From Escherichia virus TH40, in the sequence record MT446411.1: 64,000 bases of DNA. One strand, given 5' to 3'. The translations under genes were made by a program, and so were the position numbers. The notes under the pieces were generated by a model, which was not told the origin of the DNA, made no database searches, and saw nothing but the letters and a program-made list of their open reading frames with translations. Within the stretch, counting starts at the first letter, position 1, and each line of letters begins with the position of its first letter. Of the stretch, positions 28,237 to 36,977 are shown piece after piece.

Positions 28237-28470
28237 TTAAACTACTGGGGTAGGCGTAAACATCGCCGCGTTCTTAGTTCGCCAATCAGCTGCACTAGAC
28301 GCTACGGTGACATAAGCGGCCTTTTCGGAAGGAAAAGTCTGATAGTGTGCATTCGCAATACGATGCTCATTTGAATAGATTTCAAACGGAACAGATACTT
28401 CAACACCTTTAACTTCTTTACCTTCACCAGCTGGATGCGTAAAGGTTTTGATATTAACGAAACCACCCAT
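28237..28470 (-). CDS. soc: small outer capsid protein Soc
   Basis: 77 aa; ...VNIKTF...HYQTFPSEKAAY matches T4 Soc. Confidence 0.8.
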   Translation of the reverse strand: MGGFVNIKTFTHPAGEGKEVKGVEVSVPFEIYSNEHRIANAHYQTFPSEKAAYVTVASSAADWRTKNAAMFTPTPVV

Positions 28471-28501
28471 AATTAACTCCTTTGTTGTTTAATTACGGGT
28501 G

Positions 28502-28509
28502 TATTTATA
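28502..28509 (-). promoter_or_regulatory. T4-type late promoter TATAAATA for soc
   Basis: Exact rc TATAAATA ~30 nt upstream of soc ATG. Confidence 0.6.
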
Positions 28510-28511
28510 AC

Positions 28512-29030
28512 TTAATAACCCCGGTCCTGACGAGCGAAGTTTTCAGCATTTTTCAGGTAATACAGTTTAAAGATTTCTTCTGCTGACAGACCAAGACCAT
28601 GGAACATGTTCAGAACAAAGTGCAGGATGTCAATCATCTCAAATTTAATTTCGAGCTGGTCTTCAGGAGACAACTCATCAATACGACGATTACGGAATTC
28701 AGCATGTTGGGCTTTCCACGGTTTCCAACAACTTGAGGCTGCTTTCTCGCCATTAGACATACCCCCGAGAGAAGTCAGAAGTTCACGGAATTCATCATCG
28801 ACATAATCTTTCTGGTTGCGAAGCCATGCAACAACATCACCTGCAGTAGCCAATTCATCTGGATGTGAGTTATATTCAGGTTTTTCGGTAGCCAGACGAA
28901 CTTGCAATGATTTCTGCATATCAAGCATAATCTGCAGCGGGTCAATACCTTTTGTAATTGCATTGTCATAAGCCAGAGCAGCTTTATCAACACCGGCAAT
29001 CAGTTGTGAACATTCATTAAAATGAGCCAT
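28512..29030 (-). CDS. 56: dCTP pyrophosphatase gp56 (MazG-like)
   Basis: Trimmed to MAHFNECS...; ...DEFRELLTSLG...EIKFE.IDILHFVLNMF...KLYYLKN.ENFARQDRGY matches T4 gp56. Confidence 0.85.
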   Translation of the reverse strand: MAHFNECSQLIAGVDKAALAYDNAITKGIDPLQIMLDMQKSLQVRLATEKPEYNSHPDELATAGDVVAWLRNQKDYVDDEFRELLTSLGGMSNGEKAASSCWKPWKAQHAEFRNRRIDELSPEDQLEIKFEMIDILHFVLNMFHGLGLSAEEIFKLYYLKNAENFARQDRGY

Positions 29031-29091
29031 TATATTTTTCCTTATCAATTCATGTTGTTTTGTATGTTAATTATATCATATTGGTTTGAAG

Positions 29092-29099
29092 CATAAATA
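29092..29099 (+). promoter_or_regulatory. near-consensus late promoter CATAAATA
   Basis: 16 nt upstream of ATG 29116, followed by SD aaaggagg. Confidence 0.35.
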
Positions 29100-29115
29100 C
29101 AAGAAAGGAGGATAT

Positions 29116-29313
29116 ATGCTAAAACTATCTAGTCTAATTCAAGCCATCAAAGACAGTCGTAAGCGAACAATTCTGGTCCTTTCGATACTCTGTTTAGTTC
29201 TACTCTGGAACTTCGTTGTTGCCCCTGTTGCATTGACACATGGTGTTATATTACCAGTCATTGCACTCGAATCAGTTGTAGATATTTTACTGGCATTAAT
29301 CGGCCTTATATAG
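29116..29313 (+). CDS. small membrane protein (65 aa) on the opposite strand
   Basis: MLKLSSLIQAIKDSRKRTILVLSILCLVLLWNFVV...; strong SD; two hydrophobic helices. Confidence 0.5.
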   Translation: MLKLSSLIQAIKDSRKRTILVLSILCLVLLWNFVVAPVALTHGVILPVIALESVVDILLALIGLI

Positions 29314-29339
29314 ATGGAATAATGTGAATATTATTCCAT
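29314..29339 (+). other. perfect 10-bp inverted repeat ATGGAATAAT/ATTATTCCAT
   Basis: Immediately after the stop of 29116-29313. Confidence 0.55.
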
Positions 29340-29431
29340 CGGATTTGGAAATTAACCAGTAAGAAAGACAAGAAACATCATGGACTTTTTAGCCCATGAT
29401 GTTTTTCTGCGGAACTTACCGGAATTCCTTC

Positions 29432-30460
29432 CTAAACTTTTGCGTACTTCGAAAGTCGCATTCTTGCCATCAACCCTTGAGCAACGTTATCGGCCATATA
29501 TGATTCGATTTGTTCAGGGGTTGCACCCTCCGATTTAACCATCTCATTTATGTCTTTCGTATGCCATGGTGCATTGTCCCAGAACATAACAGCTTCGCCA
29601 GCTTCAACGAGTTTCTTCATACGTTTAATCGTATCCGGATGTCTTGGCTCGTTGTCCATTACCCATACTCGGGTTTCAGCATAAGGAACGGATTCCAATG
29701 CTAATGTTCCGCCGGTTATCGCAATGCTGTTAGGGATAAACAAACTATCAATCGGACCTTCCATTACCCACACGCGCTTGCGCTCATCAATCTTGTCTAC
29801 TCCATAGACTTTTGAAGCTTCTGGGTGAGCTTTGATTGTGATATATTTTTGTGGTGCATCTTTGCGAAGAGCTCGTCCTTGGAAAGATTCGATTTCTTTT
29901 TTGCCGTTGAAGATAGGAATAACCAAGCGTGGTTCATTCGTTTCATTCTTATACGTCCCAGGATTAACGGAGTTAACTAATGCAGGCCATTTGTTTGTAA
30001 ACCATAACCGGTTCCAAACATTGCTCGGAATACACCGACTTTTTACATACTTAACTATCGGATACTCTTCTGGTAAAGTATCGATTCTTTCACAAAAAGC
30101 AAGCTCTTCAATAACCGGAGTTTTTTCTGGTTCTTTCGGAGCTTCTGCAACTTCATTACGTTGTCGACCGAAGGCATTCTCCTTGTACTTCTCGACCATA
30201 TATTCCCGGTGCAAATCCGGCTCAAACTCTTTTATGTATTTGCTTATATGCGTGGAGTAGTCACAGTTAAAACATTTCACGTAAACCGCACCATCAGACG
30301 GATTGGTATACGCCCAGAATCGAGCCTTGTGCGAATCTTTCTGGGAGTCACCACAAACCTTGCAACGACAGTTTGCCTTAAATGTGCTCCCGGTGACTTC
30401 TCTATAACGTGGTTGATACGATAAAGCTCTGACTGCAAATTCTCTATCAATATATGACAT
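29432..30460 (-). CDS. 61: DNA primase gp61
   Basis: 342 aa; N-terminal Cys zinc motif, TOPRIM-like core, same length as T4 gp61. Confidence 0.85.
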   Translation of the reverse strand: MSYIDREFAVRALSYQPRYREVTGSTFKANCRCKVCGDSQKDSHKARFWAYTNPSDGAVYVKCFNCDYSTHISKYIKEFEPDLHREYMVEKYKENAFGRQRNEVAEAPKEPEKTPVIEELAFCERIDTLPEEYPIVKYVKSRCIPSNVWNRLWFTNKWPALVNSVNPGTYKNETNEPRLVIPIFNGKKEIESFQGRALRKDAPQKYITIKAHPEASKVYGVDKIDERKRVWVMEGPIDSLFIPNSIAITGGTLALESVPYAETRVWVMDNEPRHPDTIKRMKKLVEAGEAVMFWDNAPWHTKDINEMVKSEGATPEQIESYMADNVAQGLMARMRLSKYAKV

Positions 30461-30492
30461 AGTTTCCTCATTTCAATGGCCCCGAAGGACCA

Positions 30493-30660
30493 TTATACTG
30501 TAGGTTTATCGTCTTTATTCTTACGCTTTTTTGATGGGATTTGTTCAGGGCCTTTATTGACAACTGCCCCGGAAGTGGTACCTGTTGCGATATTAGTTGG
30601 GTTTCCACCTGCATCACCGGCAACCATATCTTCATTGATAAAATCTTTGAATGTTTTCAT
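30493..30660 (-). CDS. small internal-protein-like peptide with capsid-targeting-like N-terminus
   Basis: 55 aa MKTFKDFINEDMVAGDAGG...SKKRKNKDDKPTV; SD aaagggggg; late promoter upstream. Confidence 0.45.
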   Translation of the reverse strand: MKTFKDFINEDMVAGDAGGNPTNIATGTTSGAVVNKGPEQIPSKKRKNKDDKPTV

Positions 30661-30677
30661 AACACCCCCCTTTCCGC

Positions 30678-30685
30678 TATTTATA
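30678..30685 (-). promoter_or_regulatory. T4-type late promoter TATAAATA
   Basis: Exact rc TATAAATA 17 nt upstream of ATG 30660. Confidence 0.55.
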
Positions 30686-30872
30686 CAACGAAGATAGCTT
30701 TATCGCCATTTGCATCAGTCACTTCATAAGTGTCTTCATGATACAACGGAATAATCCAGGTAACACCATCATCAGCGATAACATGGATTGCTTCTTGGTC
30801 TTGCGACACGATTTCATATTCTTCAAAAATCTGGAAGACCGAAATCTTAGAGCCCGTACACATTGCACTCAT
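30681..30872 (-). CDS. hypothetical protein
   Basis: 63-aa ORF. Confidence 0.45.
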   Translation of the reverse strand: MSAMCTGSKISVFQIFEEYEIVSQDQEAIHVIADDGVTWIIPLYHEDTYEVTDANGDKAIFVV

Positions 30873-31068
30873 ATTGTTCCCTTCTTTTAATCAATTGACG
30901 ATGTGCCTTTTTAAGTTTACGAATCTGACGTTTAGTCGGTCGTGCAACATAAGCTTGAGTAGTTACTCGTCCAAAAACTCCATACTTGGGAGACGGAGTA
31001 TCAATAAAGACTTCCCACTGACAAGAGTAACTATATATTGCTTTAGAGAATTGGGTCAAAACAAACAT
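30847..31068 (-). CDS. hypothetical protein
   Basis: 73-aa ORF. Confidence 0.45.
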   Translation of the reverse strand: MFVLTQFSKAIYSYSCQWEVFIDTPSPKYGVFGRVTTQAYVARPTKRQIRKLKKAHRQLIKRREQYECNVYGL

Positions 31069-31069
31069 A

Positions 31070-31420
31070 TTAACCTCGCTTCATGAAGGCATTAAAAATC
31101 TGGTCGTCGACAGACTGTTCTTGAGCTTTGCCTACCCTATTCAAAATGTCATTCGCTGCATCAGATAACATGACCCCAATTTCAGGGTTTCCAGTTATCC
31201 ATGCTGCACAATCGCGTACATTCTTTTTATCAAATGGATAACCGCGAGTATCTTCATAAGGCCCATTCATTACCAGGAATGAGCGAGCCTTTATGATAAT
31301 ATCATCTTTAACGATAATATAACCAATCGCTTGATTAAACCGAGGGTCGCGGAATTCATAATGAGCATTACCATCATTATTGCTCGCCAGTTCAAAATTC
31401 AGAAAATTGTAATCATTCAT
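31070..31420 (-). CDS. hypothetical protein sharing C-terminal tail with 31422-31859
   Basis: 116 aa; ends ...SVDDQIFNAFMKRG. Confidence 0.5.
   Translation of the reverse strand: MNDYNFLNFELASNNDGNAHYEFRDPRFNQAIGYIIVKDDIIIKARSFLVMNGPYEDTRGYPFDKKNVRDCAAWITGNPEIGVMLSDAANDILNRVGKAQEQSVDDQIFNAFMKRG
31076..31108 (-). repeat. 33-bp near-identical repeat (copy 1)
   Basis: 32/33 identical to 31428-31460. Confidence 0.6.
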
Positions 31421-31421
31421 A

Positions 31422-31859
31422 CTAATCTCGCTTCATGAAGGCATTAAAAATTTGGTCGTCAACTGAATAAACAGGATTTTCCAGAATTTTCAAAAGACTG
31501 TTTTTGATGTACTTGCCAGGGATATCCATATTAATGACACCATTATTCAATTCATTGTCTGGATTGATGTCTTTAAATTCAAACCCTTCAAACTCAACCT
31601 TGTCAGGAATACCATCAGCGAAAAAATAAACCAATTGGTGCATTGTATTGCGCGAAAATAATTTAGACTTGACTGCAATAAGTTCTTGCCAATGGTTTAA
31701 TTCTTTGTTAAGAAGCTTATGAGCAAACGTAATTCTATCATCACTATCAACAAGAAAATAACCCAGGTATTGAATTTCGTCGCTCCAAAACACCCGGTAT
31801 GCCTGTGCATTTGGATTTTTACAGCGAAGTTTTTTGATAACTAAATTTCTGTTAATCAT
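31422..31859 (-). CDS. hypothetical protein sharing C-terminal tail with 31070-31420
   Basis: Trimmed to MINRNLVIKK...; ends ...SVDDQIFNAFMKRD. Confidence 0.5.
   Translation of the reverse strand: MINRNLVIKKLRCKNPNAQAYRVFWSDEIQYLGYFLVDSDDRITFAHKLLNKELNHWQELIAVKSKLFSRNTMHQLVYFFADGIPDKVEFEGFEFKDINPDNELNNGVINMDIPGKYIKNSLLKILENPVYSVDDQIFNAFMKRD
31428..31460 (-). repeat. 33-bp near-identical repeat (copy 2)
   Basis: Encodes the shared DDQIFNAFMKR tail. Confidence 0.6.
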
Positions 31860-31860
31860 T

Positions 31861-32154
31861 TTATTCACCTGTAACCCATTGAACAATTTTGCTATTGTCA
31901 AATGAAGCATCGCAATACAGAACATAGTTATACTGCATAACGTCACCAGAAGTCAATTGGTCAGATACTTCTTTAACCATATCAGGGCGGTCGCGTTTAG
32001 TTATGTTCATGATATCAGCATAAATCTGATGTTCAACATCAGTCTGGTCAGCAGTCATAGACCACTCACAAAGGTCTTTATCAAGTCCAGCAGTAACTGG
32101 AGCTGTACCACATGATGCTACGGTAAGAATTGCCGCGATTAATAACTTTTTCAT
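31861..32154 (-). CDS. sp: Spackle periplasmic superinfection-exclusion protein
   Basis: 97 aa; signal peptide; ...DKDLCEWSMTADQT.VE.QI.ADIMNI.KRDRP.M...VMQYNYVLYCD matches T4 Sp. Confidence 0.85.
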   Translation of the reverse strand: MKKLLIAAILTVASCGTAPVTAGLDKDLCEWSMTADQTDVEHQIYADIMNITKRDRPDMVKEVSDQLTSGDVMQYNYVLYCDASFDNSKIVQWVTGE

Positions 32155-32182
32155 TTCAATCTCCTCAGTAGTTGATAGGGAT

Positions 32183-32211
32183 AATATACAGCATTATCCC
32201 TTTGTTGTACA
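32183..32211 (-). promoter_or_regulatory. early promoter cassette (TGTACA-17-TATATT) in AGGGATAAT/ATTATCCCT stem
   Basis: cctcagtagttgataggg leader; upstream of sp. Confidence 0.5.
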
Positions 32212-32451
32212 CTATTTTAATGCATCTTTCAGATAAATTTTGCGGAATTTGCGTTTTGTCTGACGAATCTGACGCTTAGTAGGTTTCACAGGAAAATCGA
32301 AGAACTCTACGTATTCTTGTTCATAATCATTGTGGCCGACTGAAAGAACTAGTTCCCAGCTGCTTACGGTGCGTTGGATAAACATATTATGCTTACCAAA
32401 AGATTTATTCCAAAAAGAACTAGGGGTAGGTTTCATTAATGCGATATTCAT
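32212..32451 (-). CDS. hypothetical protein
   Basis: 79-aa ORF. Confidence 0.45.
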   Translation of the reverse strand: MNIALMKPTPSSFWNKSFGKHNMFIQRTVSSWELVLSVGHNDYEQEYVEFFDFPVKPTKRQIRQTKRKFRKIYLKDALK

Positions 32452-32655
32452 TTAAATTTCCTCAATGCGGGCATCATATTCAAAAACTTTATTGTCATTA
32501 ACAAAGGCTTTAACCAGCGCATTATTCACTTCTGCATACTGCACTGTAACCCATTCAATCATATTTTGGTCACTAACATCCAGCGCGGTTTCTTTGGTAA
32601 ACATATTACCATTTTCAAACCAACCAATAAACACTACGTTCTCTAATTTATACAT
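32452..32655 (-). CDS. hypothetical protein
   Basis: 67-aa ORF MYKLENVVFIGWFENGNMFTKE... Confidence 0.45.
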   Translation of the reverse strand: MYKLENVVFIGWFENGNMFTKETALDVSDQNMIEWVTVQYAEVNNALVKAFVNDNKVFEYDARIEEI

Positions 32656-32973
32656 TTAGATTTCCTCACAAAACGCCCAGGCGGCGTGATAAACTGTGGC
32701 GCCTTTAGTATCATTTAAACAAACCACGTCAACAGGTGCAATCACACGATAAAGACGGGGTTCTCCTCCATATGAGCGGGCTGCTCTTCCTGCATAGATA
32801 CGGGCCAAACCAATATCTTCAGTAAAAAACACACGCCCTAAATTTTTCTTGCGCCCAACTTCTGACAGAACACCAGTTGCATCAGGAGGGCAAAGCATAT
32901 TTTGGATTCCAGCATTAGAGCTTGAGCCATGATAATAAACTTTGTATTCCGCCTTGCAATCAATAGTTTTCAT
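32656..32973 (-). CDS. hypothetical protein
   Basis: 105-aa ORF. Confidence 0.5.
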   Translation of the reverse strand: MKTIDCKAEYKVYYHGSSSNAGIQNMLCPPDATGVLSEVGRKKNLGRVFFTEDIGLARIYAGRAARSYGGEPRLYRVIAPVDVVCLNDTKGATVYHAAWAFCEEI

Positions 32974-32999
32974 TTTATTCTCCAGTAGTTGATAGGGTC

Positions 33000-33028
33000 A
33001 TTATAACATAAGAAAAAGGGGCTGTAAG
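33000..33028 (-). promoter_or_regulatory. early promoter cassette (-35 variant CTTACA, -10 TATAAT)
   Basis: ctccagtagttgataggg leader; -35 overlaps terminator hairpin. Confidence 0.4.
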
Positions 33029-33032
33029 CCCC
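33018..33032 (-). terminator. rho-independent terminator GGGGC-TGTAA-GCCCC
   Basis: Flanked by A-run and T-run, just downstream of gene 41. Confidence 0.65.
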
Positions 33033-33044
33033 TTTTAAAATATT

Positions 33045-34484
33045 TTAAAATTTCATTTGAGCAGCAAGGTCATCCAGGTCGCTCCTGTTGACCCTGGTTT
33101 GTCGATTCATTTCGGCCTGGCGATTCATCTCACCGGTGGCTTCTTTAACCGTAGGGCCTTGTTTAGGAGCCGAATCATCATCAACCTCATACCAGCGCTG
33201 ATTACCTTTCTTAACACCCATCTTGAATTTATTATAGTAGTTCTTATCACCATAACGAGACTTAAGCTGTTTGATTAACTGCAGCCCCATTTGAGCGAAT
33301 TCTTCGGTCTCAACAACACCCAACATAAAGTCAGCCGTGTGAGCAATACCAAAGGATTCTGCAATGTCAGCCATATCAATCTCAGCTGCAACGTTCGCGC
33401 CTCTGGTCGTCTGTGCCGCAGTCCACAGGACCACATTTTTCTCGACTGCCAGGCCACGAAGTTCTTCTGCAACCATCTTAATCAGACCGTAACTGTTTTC
33501 GGTAAACGTTTTCAGTCTTGAGCTTGCACAGATTGCCAGGTAGTCAACAATAATCACATCCGGCACAAACCCTTGCTTCAGTTTGTACTCGTTCAGTAAT
33601 GCACGGAAAGTATCCGCATGAGCACCACCAGTTGGATATTGTTTTATCTTCAGAGTCCCGAGAGTCCCGGAAGCACGCCATTTTTCCATCTTAGCTTTAT
33701 ATTCTGCCCATGATATATGACCTTCATCAATATCATCCAGAGATACATCCAGCAAGTTGGCATCAATACGTTTGGCACATACTTCTTCGGCCATTTCCAT
33801 GCTTATATAAAGAACATTATGACCAGTCTGAAGATAGTCAGCAGCTAACGAACAAAGTCCAAGGGATTTACCGACATTCGTCCCGGCCAGTAAAACGTTT
33901 TCTGTGCCATACTCAACTCCACCCTTCGTGATTTTATTCAGGATGTTAATGCGGAACGGAACCTTCTTCGATTTGTTCAGATAAGTCTGGAATCGAGCTT
34001 CGTAATCGTTTAACCAGTCATGGCCCAGGGCAGAGTCAAAACAGATAGACAATGCATCACGCATGATGTCAGGGATAGCACCGATATCCGGGATTCGTTT
34101 ATCACGTTTATCTTTAGGAAGTTCGGCATTACTCTGGATTTCGATAATCCGGGATGTGGCATTAAACATCGCAGACTTCTGTACATATTTCTCGGTTTCT
34201 TTAACCAACCATTCCTGGTCTTCTGGAGTATCAACCAGGGCTCCTAAGAGTTTCTTTGTGCCTTCATATTCGACTTCAGAAAGGTCAGAACCGTCGAGCG
34301 CGATATCAAGTGCAGTCTTAGTTGGAACTGCTTGATATTCTTTTACATGTTCGTTAATCGTATTAAAAAGGGTCTTCGCTGGACCCTTTTCAAAATATGT
34401 GCTATTCAGATATGGCCAGACTTTAACAAAATATTCCTTGTTAAAGAGTAGCTGGGATAAAATAGTTTCTACCACTTCCACCAC
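33045..34484 (-). CDS. 41: replicative DNA helicase gp41 (DnaB-like)
   Basis: 479 aa; GTNVGKSLGLCSLAADYLQ...LYISMEMAEEVCAKRIDAN; GTG start. Confidence 0.95.
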   Translation of the reverse strand: MVEVVETILSQLLFNKEYFVKVWPYLNSTYFEKGPAKTLFNTINEHVKEYQAVPTKTALDIALDGSDLSEVEYEGTKKLLGALVDTPEDQEWLVKETEKYVQKSAMFNATSRIIEIQSNAELPKDKRDKRIPDIGAIPDIMRDALSICFDSALGHDWLNDYEARFQTYLNKSKKVPFRINILNKITKGGVEYGTENVLLAGTNVGKSLGLCSLAADYLQTGHNVLYISMEMAEEVCAKRIDANLLDVSLDDIDEGHISWAEYKAKMEKWRASGTLGTLKIKQYPTGGAHADTFRALLNEYKLKQGFVPDVIIVDYLAICASSRLKTFTENSYGLIKMVAEELRGLAVEKNVVLWTAAQTTRGANVAAEIDMADIAESFGIAHTADFMLGVVETEEFAQMGLQLIKQLKSRYGDKNYYNKFKMGVKKGNQRWYEVDDDSAPKQGPTVKEATGEMNRQAEMNRQTRVNRSDLDDLAAQMKF

Positions 34485-34813
34485 CTCTTTTTCATTTTAA
34501 TCTTATCAATTTCATCTTGTATTTGCATTGTAACACACTTTTCTACATGCACTGCAAGCTCCGCTTTGCGGTCTTCAGAAGGGGTGCCGAAATCAACTGA
34601 AACTTTTCCAGATGGTTCAATTTTAATTCCGGTTACGTACACAATGTGATTGGACCCATCAGGGAGTGATAACAGAATTTCCTGCCGTACAGTTCCCATG
34701 GATTGCCGGATAATCTCCAAACTTTTTTCGTAGTAAGGTACAGAAGGAGCCTTAGCTCCCTCCGCATCTTTCTCGAAATTATCTAAATCAGATAAATCGA
34801 TATCATTCATCAA
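34469..34813 (-). CDS. 40: gp40-position protein
   Basis: 114-aa ORF between 41 and uvsX as in T4. Confidence 0.45.
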   Translation of the reverse strand: MMNDIDLSDLDNFEKDAEGAKAPSVPYYEKSLEIIRQSMGTVRQEILLSLPDGSNHIVYVTGIKIEPSGKVSVDFGTPSEDRKAELAVHVEKCVTMQIQDEIDKIKMKKRWWKW

Positions 34814-35981
34814 GGTCTTCCATCATATCTAAATCGTTTTCGATATCTGCCGCAGACGGTTTTGTCTTACCTTCAGGAGCAGAGTATTTTTCAACCTTGG
34901 AGGCAATAAGCGCATCAACTTCGGCGTCAACAACAGCATTGCTATCGATTGCACCCAGCTGGTAATGTCGTTTGATTGCATCACGGAAAGGTTCGTGCTT
35001 GAACAACGGACCCCAGAATTCGGTACAGTTAGTATCTTTTGCGCGCCATGATTTTTCTTCGCGGACCATTTCACCGGTCTCAACATCAAGATATTCACGG
35101 TTATACCAACCAACTTTCGGTTTCACCACAAATCCGATTTCCATTGCCATATCAAGCAGGCCAGAATACGGGTCAATACCACCATCGAATTTTACATCAA
35201 TGAAGAATTTACTTTTCTCTTTGACCATACGAGATTTTTCGGCGTTCAGAACAAATTGGAAACCTTCAAGTTCTTTACCGGTTTCTTTAATCTGGCGTTT
35301 GCCGATAATGAATACGGTGTCCGCAGAATACATAACACCTGTACCACCGGTCATAACGGTTTTGCTGTACATCTCAATCGTCTCGATTGTATGGTTAACC
35401 GCGACACAAGGAATATCCTTGATACTAAAATACGGGGTAACAATACGGAACAGAGATTTCAAGGATTTAGCACGAGTCATATCGCCAACGACTTTTTCGT
35501 TCATCGCATCTTCTGTTTCTTTTTTAGACGCCATGTTACCGATTGAGTCAATAAAGATAATGACTTTTTCACCGCGCTCAATTGCTTCAAGCTGGTTAAC
35601 CATATCAACTTTCAATTGTTCAACCGACTGGATTGGTGTATGGATAACACGCTCCGGGTCTACTTTCATTGCACGAAGATAAGCTTCGGTGATACCAAAT
35701 TCTGAATCATAGAACAAACAGATTGCGTCGGGGTATTTGTTCATATATGCAGAGACCATCGTTAAACCCATATTGGATTTAAAGTGTTTTGACGGACCAG
35801 CAAAAATAGTCAAACCTGACTGCATACCACCATCTAGTGCACCGCTGATTGCAATGTTCAGCATCGGGATTTTTGTACGAACTACATCTTTATCATTAAA
35901 AAACTTGGACTTAGTAAGAGTCGCAGTCATTTTGGATGTAGAAGCTTTAATCAAACGGGATTTCAAATCTGCAATAGACAT
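34803..35981 (-). CDS. uvsX: UvsX recombinase (RecA-like)
   Basis: 392 aa; RecA fold core; position. Confidence 0.9.
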   Translation of the reverse strand: MSIADLKSRLIKASTSKMTATLTKSKFFNDKDVVRTKIPMLNIAISGALDGGMQSGLTIFAGPSKHFKSNMGLTMVSAYMNKYPDAICLFYDSEFGITEAYLRAMKVDPERVIHTPIQSVEQLKVDMVNQLEAIERGEKVIIFIDSIGNMASKKETEDAMNEKVVGDMTRAKSLKSLFRIVTPYFSIKDIPCVAVNHTIETIEMYSKTVMTGGTGVMYSADTVFIIGKRQIKETGKELEGFQFVLNAEKSRMVKEKSKFFIDVKFDGGIDPYSGLLDMAMEIGFVVKPKVGWYNREYLDVETGEMVREEKSWRAKDTNCTEFWGPLFKHEPFRDAIKRHYQLGAIDSNAVVDAEVDALIASKVEKYSAPEGKTKPSAADIENDLDMMEDLDE

Positions 35982-36034
35982 TCATTTTTTCCATAGGCAC
36001 CATTATATTTTTCTCACAGGTTTAAGATAGGATA

Positions 36035-36060
36035 ATTATATCACTGTATTTTTAGAGCAA
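36035..36060 (-). promoter_or_regulatory. MotA-type middle promoter (TTGCTCTA box, 12 bp, TATAAT) upstream of uvsX
   Basis: rc ttgctctaaaaatacagtgaTATAAT. Confidence 0.45.
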
Positions 36061-36189
36061 TTAACGATTGAATCCACGATTAATTGCACGTTCAACAATC
36101 TTCCGGGTCTGACGTTTGTCCCACCAGTACATAAAACCAATACCAAATGCAGACAACAGCCACAGACTAATCAATAGCATACCAATCAT
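36061..36189 (-). CDS. small membrane protein (42 aa)
   Basis: MIGMLLISLWLLSAFGIGFMYWWDKRQ... Confidence 0.4.
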   Translation of the reverse strand: MIGMLLISLWLLSAFGIGFMYWWDKRQTRKIVERAINRGFNR

Positions 36190-36216
36190 AATATTTTTCT
36201 CGCAGTTCGGAGTAAT

Positions 36217-36324
36217 TTAGTAAACGTTTCCGCGTTTCCAGTTTTCTTCAGCCAAATGCTTATTACGCTTTTCTAATAGCAGCAAACCAATTACTGTTCC
36301 AACAATCAGAAGTAATAATAGCAT
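36217..36324 (-). CDS. small membrane protein (35 aa)
   Basis: MLLLLLIVGTVIGLLLLEKRNKHLAEENW...; start overlaps upstream stop. Confidence 0.4.
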   Translation of the reverse strand: MLLLLLIVGTVIGLLLLEKRNKHLAEENWKRGNVY

Positions 36325-36827
36325 CAGTTAATACCTTGGCGTGCTTTCTCTTTAGCTATACATTTATTAATATAGCTCAGACGGTTTTGAGCAGAACGCT
36401 GATACATATCGCGATACTCATTGGCTTTTGGAGAACCCGTCTCTGCTGCCTGATAAGCTTCCGCGCGCATGATGTTTATCTGCATATTGATGTATGACAT
36501 GCAGACCTGTGAAATCTGGTTAACAGTATCCAGGTCATTTTGGCGCTTGGTTTCTGCTTCCAGTTTAGCAATGATTTCGTCATGCTTCGCAGCTTGTTCG
36601 CGTTTGTACTCAATTTCACGTTGAGCATATTTCGCGCAGTTATTTCCACATTGATTGTTGTCGCGTTTGTAGATAAGTCCAGTACCACCTTTGAAATCAA
36701 AGGAACCATTATGCACCTGACGGTCTGCAGCAATTCGCGCTTTACCAATCTCATTGGCATTAACAACATCGCCCTGGTAAGCACAACCAGATAGCAGCAT
36801 AACAGCTGCGATAGCTAACTTTTTCAT
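36324..36827 (-). CDS. putative lipoprotein at the T4 position of beta-gt/42
   Basis: Trimmed to MKKLAIAAVMLLSGC...; lipobox LSGC; coiled-coil-like C-terminus. Confidence 0.55.
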   Translation of the reverse strand: MKKLAIAAVMLLSGCAYQGDVVNANEIGKARIAADRQVHNGSFDFKGGTGLIYKRDNNQCGNNCAKYAQREIEYKREQAAKHDEIIAKLEAETKRQNDLDTVNQISQVCMSYINMQINIMRAEAYQAAETGSPKANEYRDMYQRSAQNRLSYINKCIAKEKARQGIN

Positions 36828-36977
36828 TGTATTTTCCTCAATTAAAACATTCATAACGGGCTTGGAGTCCCAAAAATACCCAACCCAAAATTAAAGTTGG
36901 AATCATATGCGGAGTCATTATTGCCCAATAGATTGACATACTAAAAAATGCAATCAGTACAATAATTGTAATTATCT

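Noticed and set aside
30476-30697. 73-aa + strand ORF in the track
   Set aside because: Overlaps the - strand 55-aa ORF, which has an exact late promoter, strong SD and a capsid-targeting-like N-terminus; the + frame has none of these, so the - strand gene was preferred (not certain).
32656-32973. Possible ADP-ribosyltransferase-like YHGS motif in a 105-aa protein
   Set aside because: Protein is too short for a complete ART fold and the remaining catalytic residues are not in the expected order; left as hypothetical.
34972-35682. 236-aa + strand ORF
   Set aside because: Antisense to uvsX, low-complexity Ser/Ile-rich translation, no promoter or SD.
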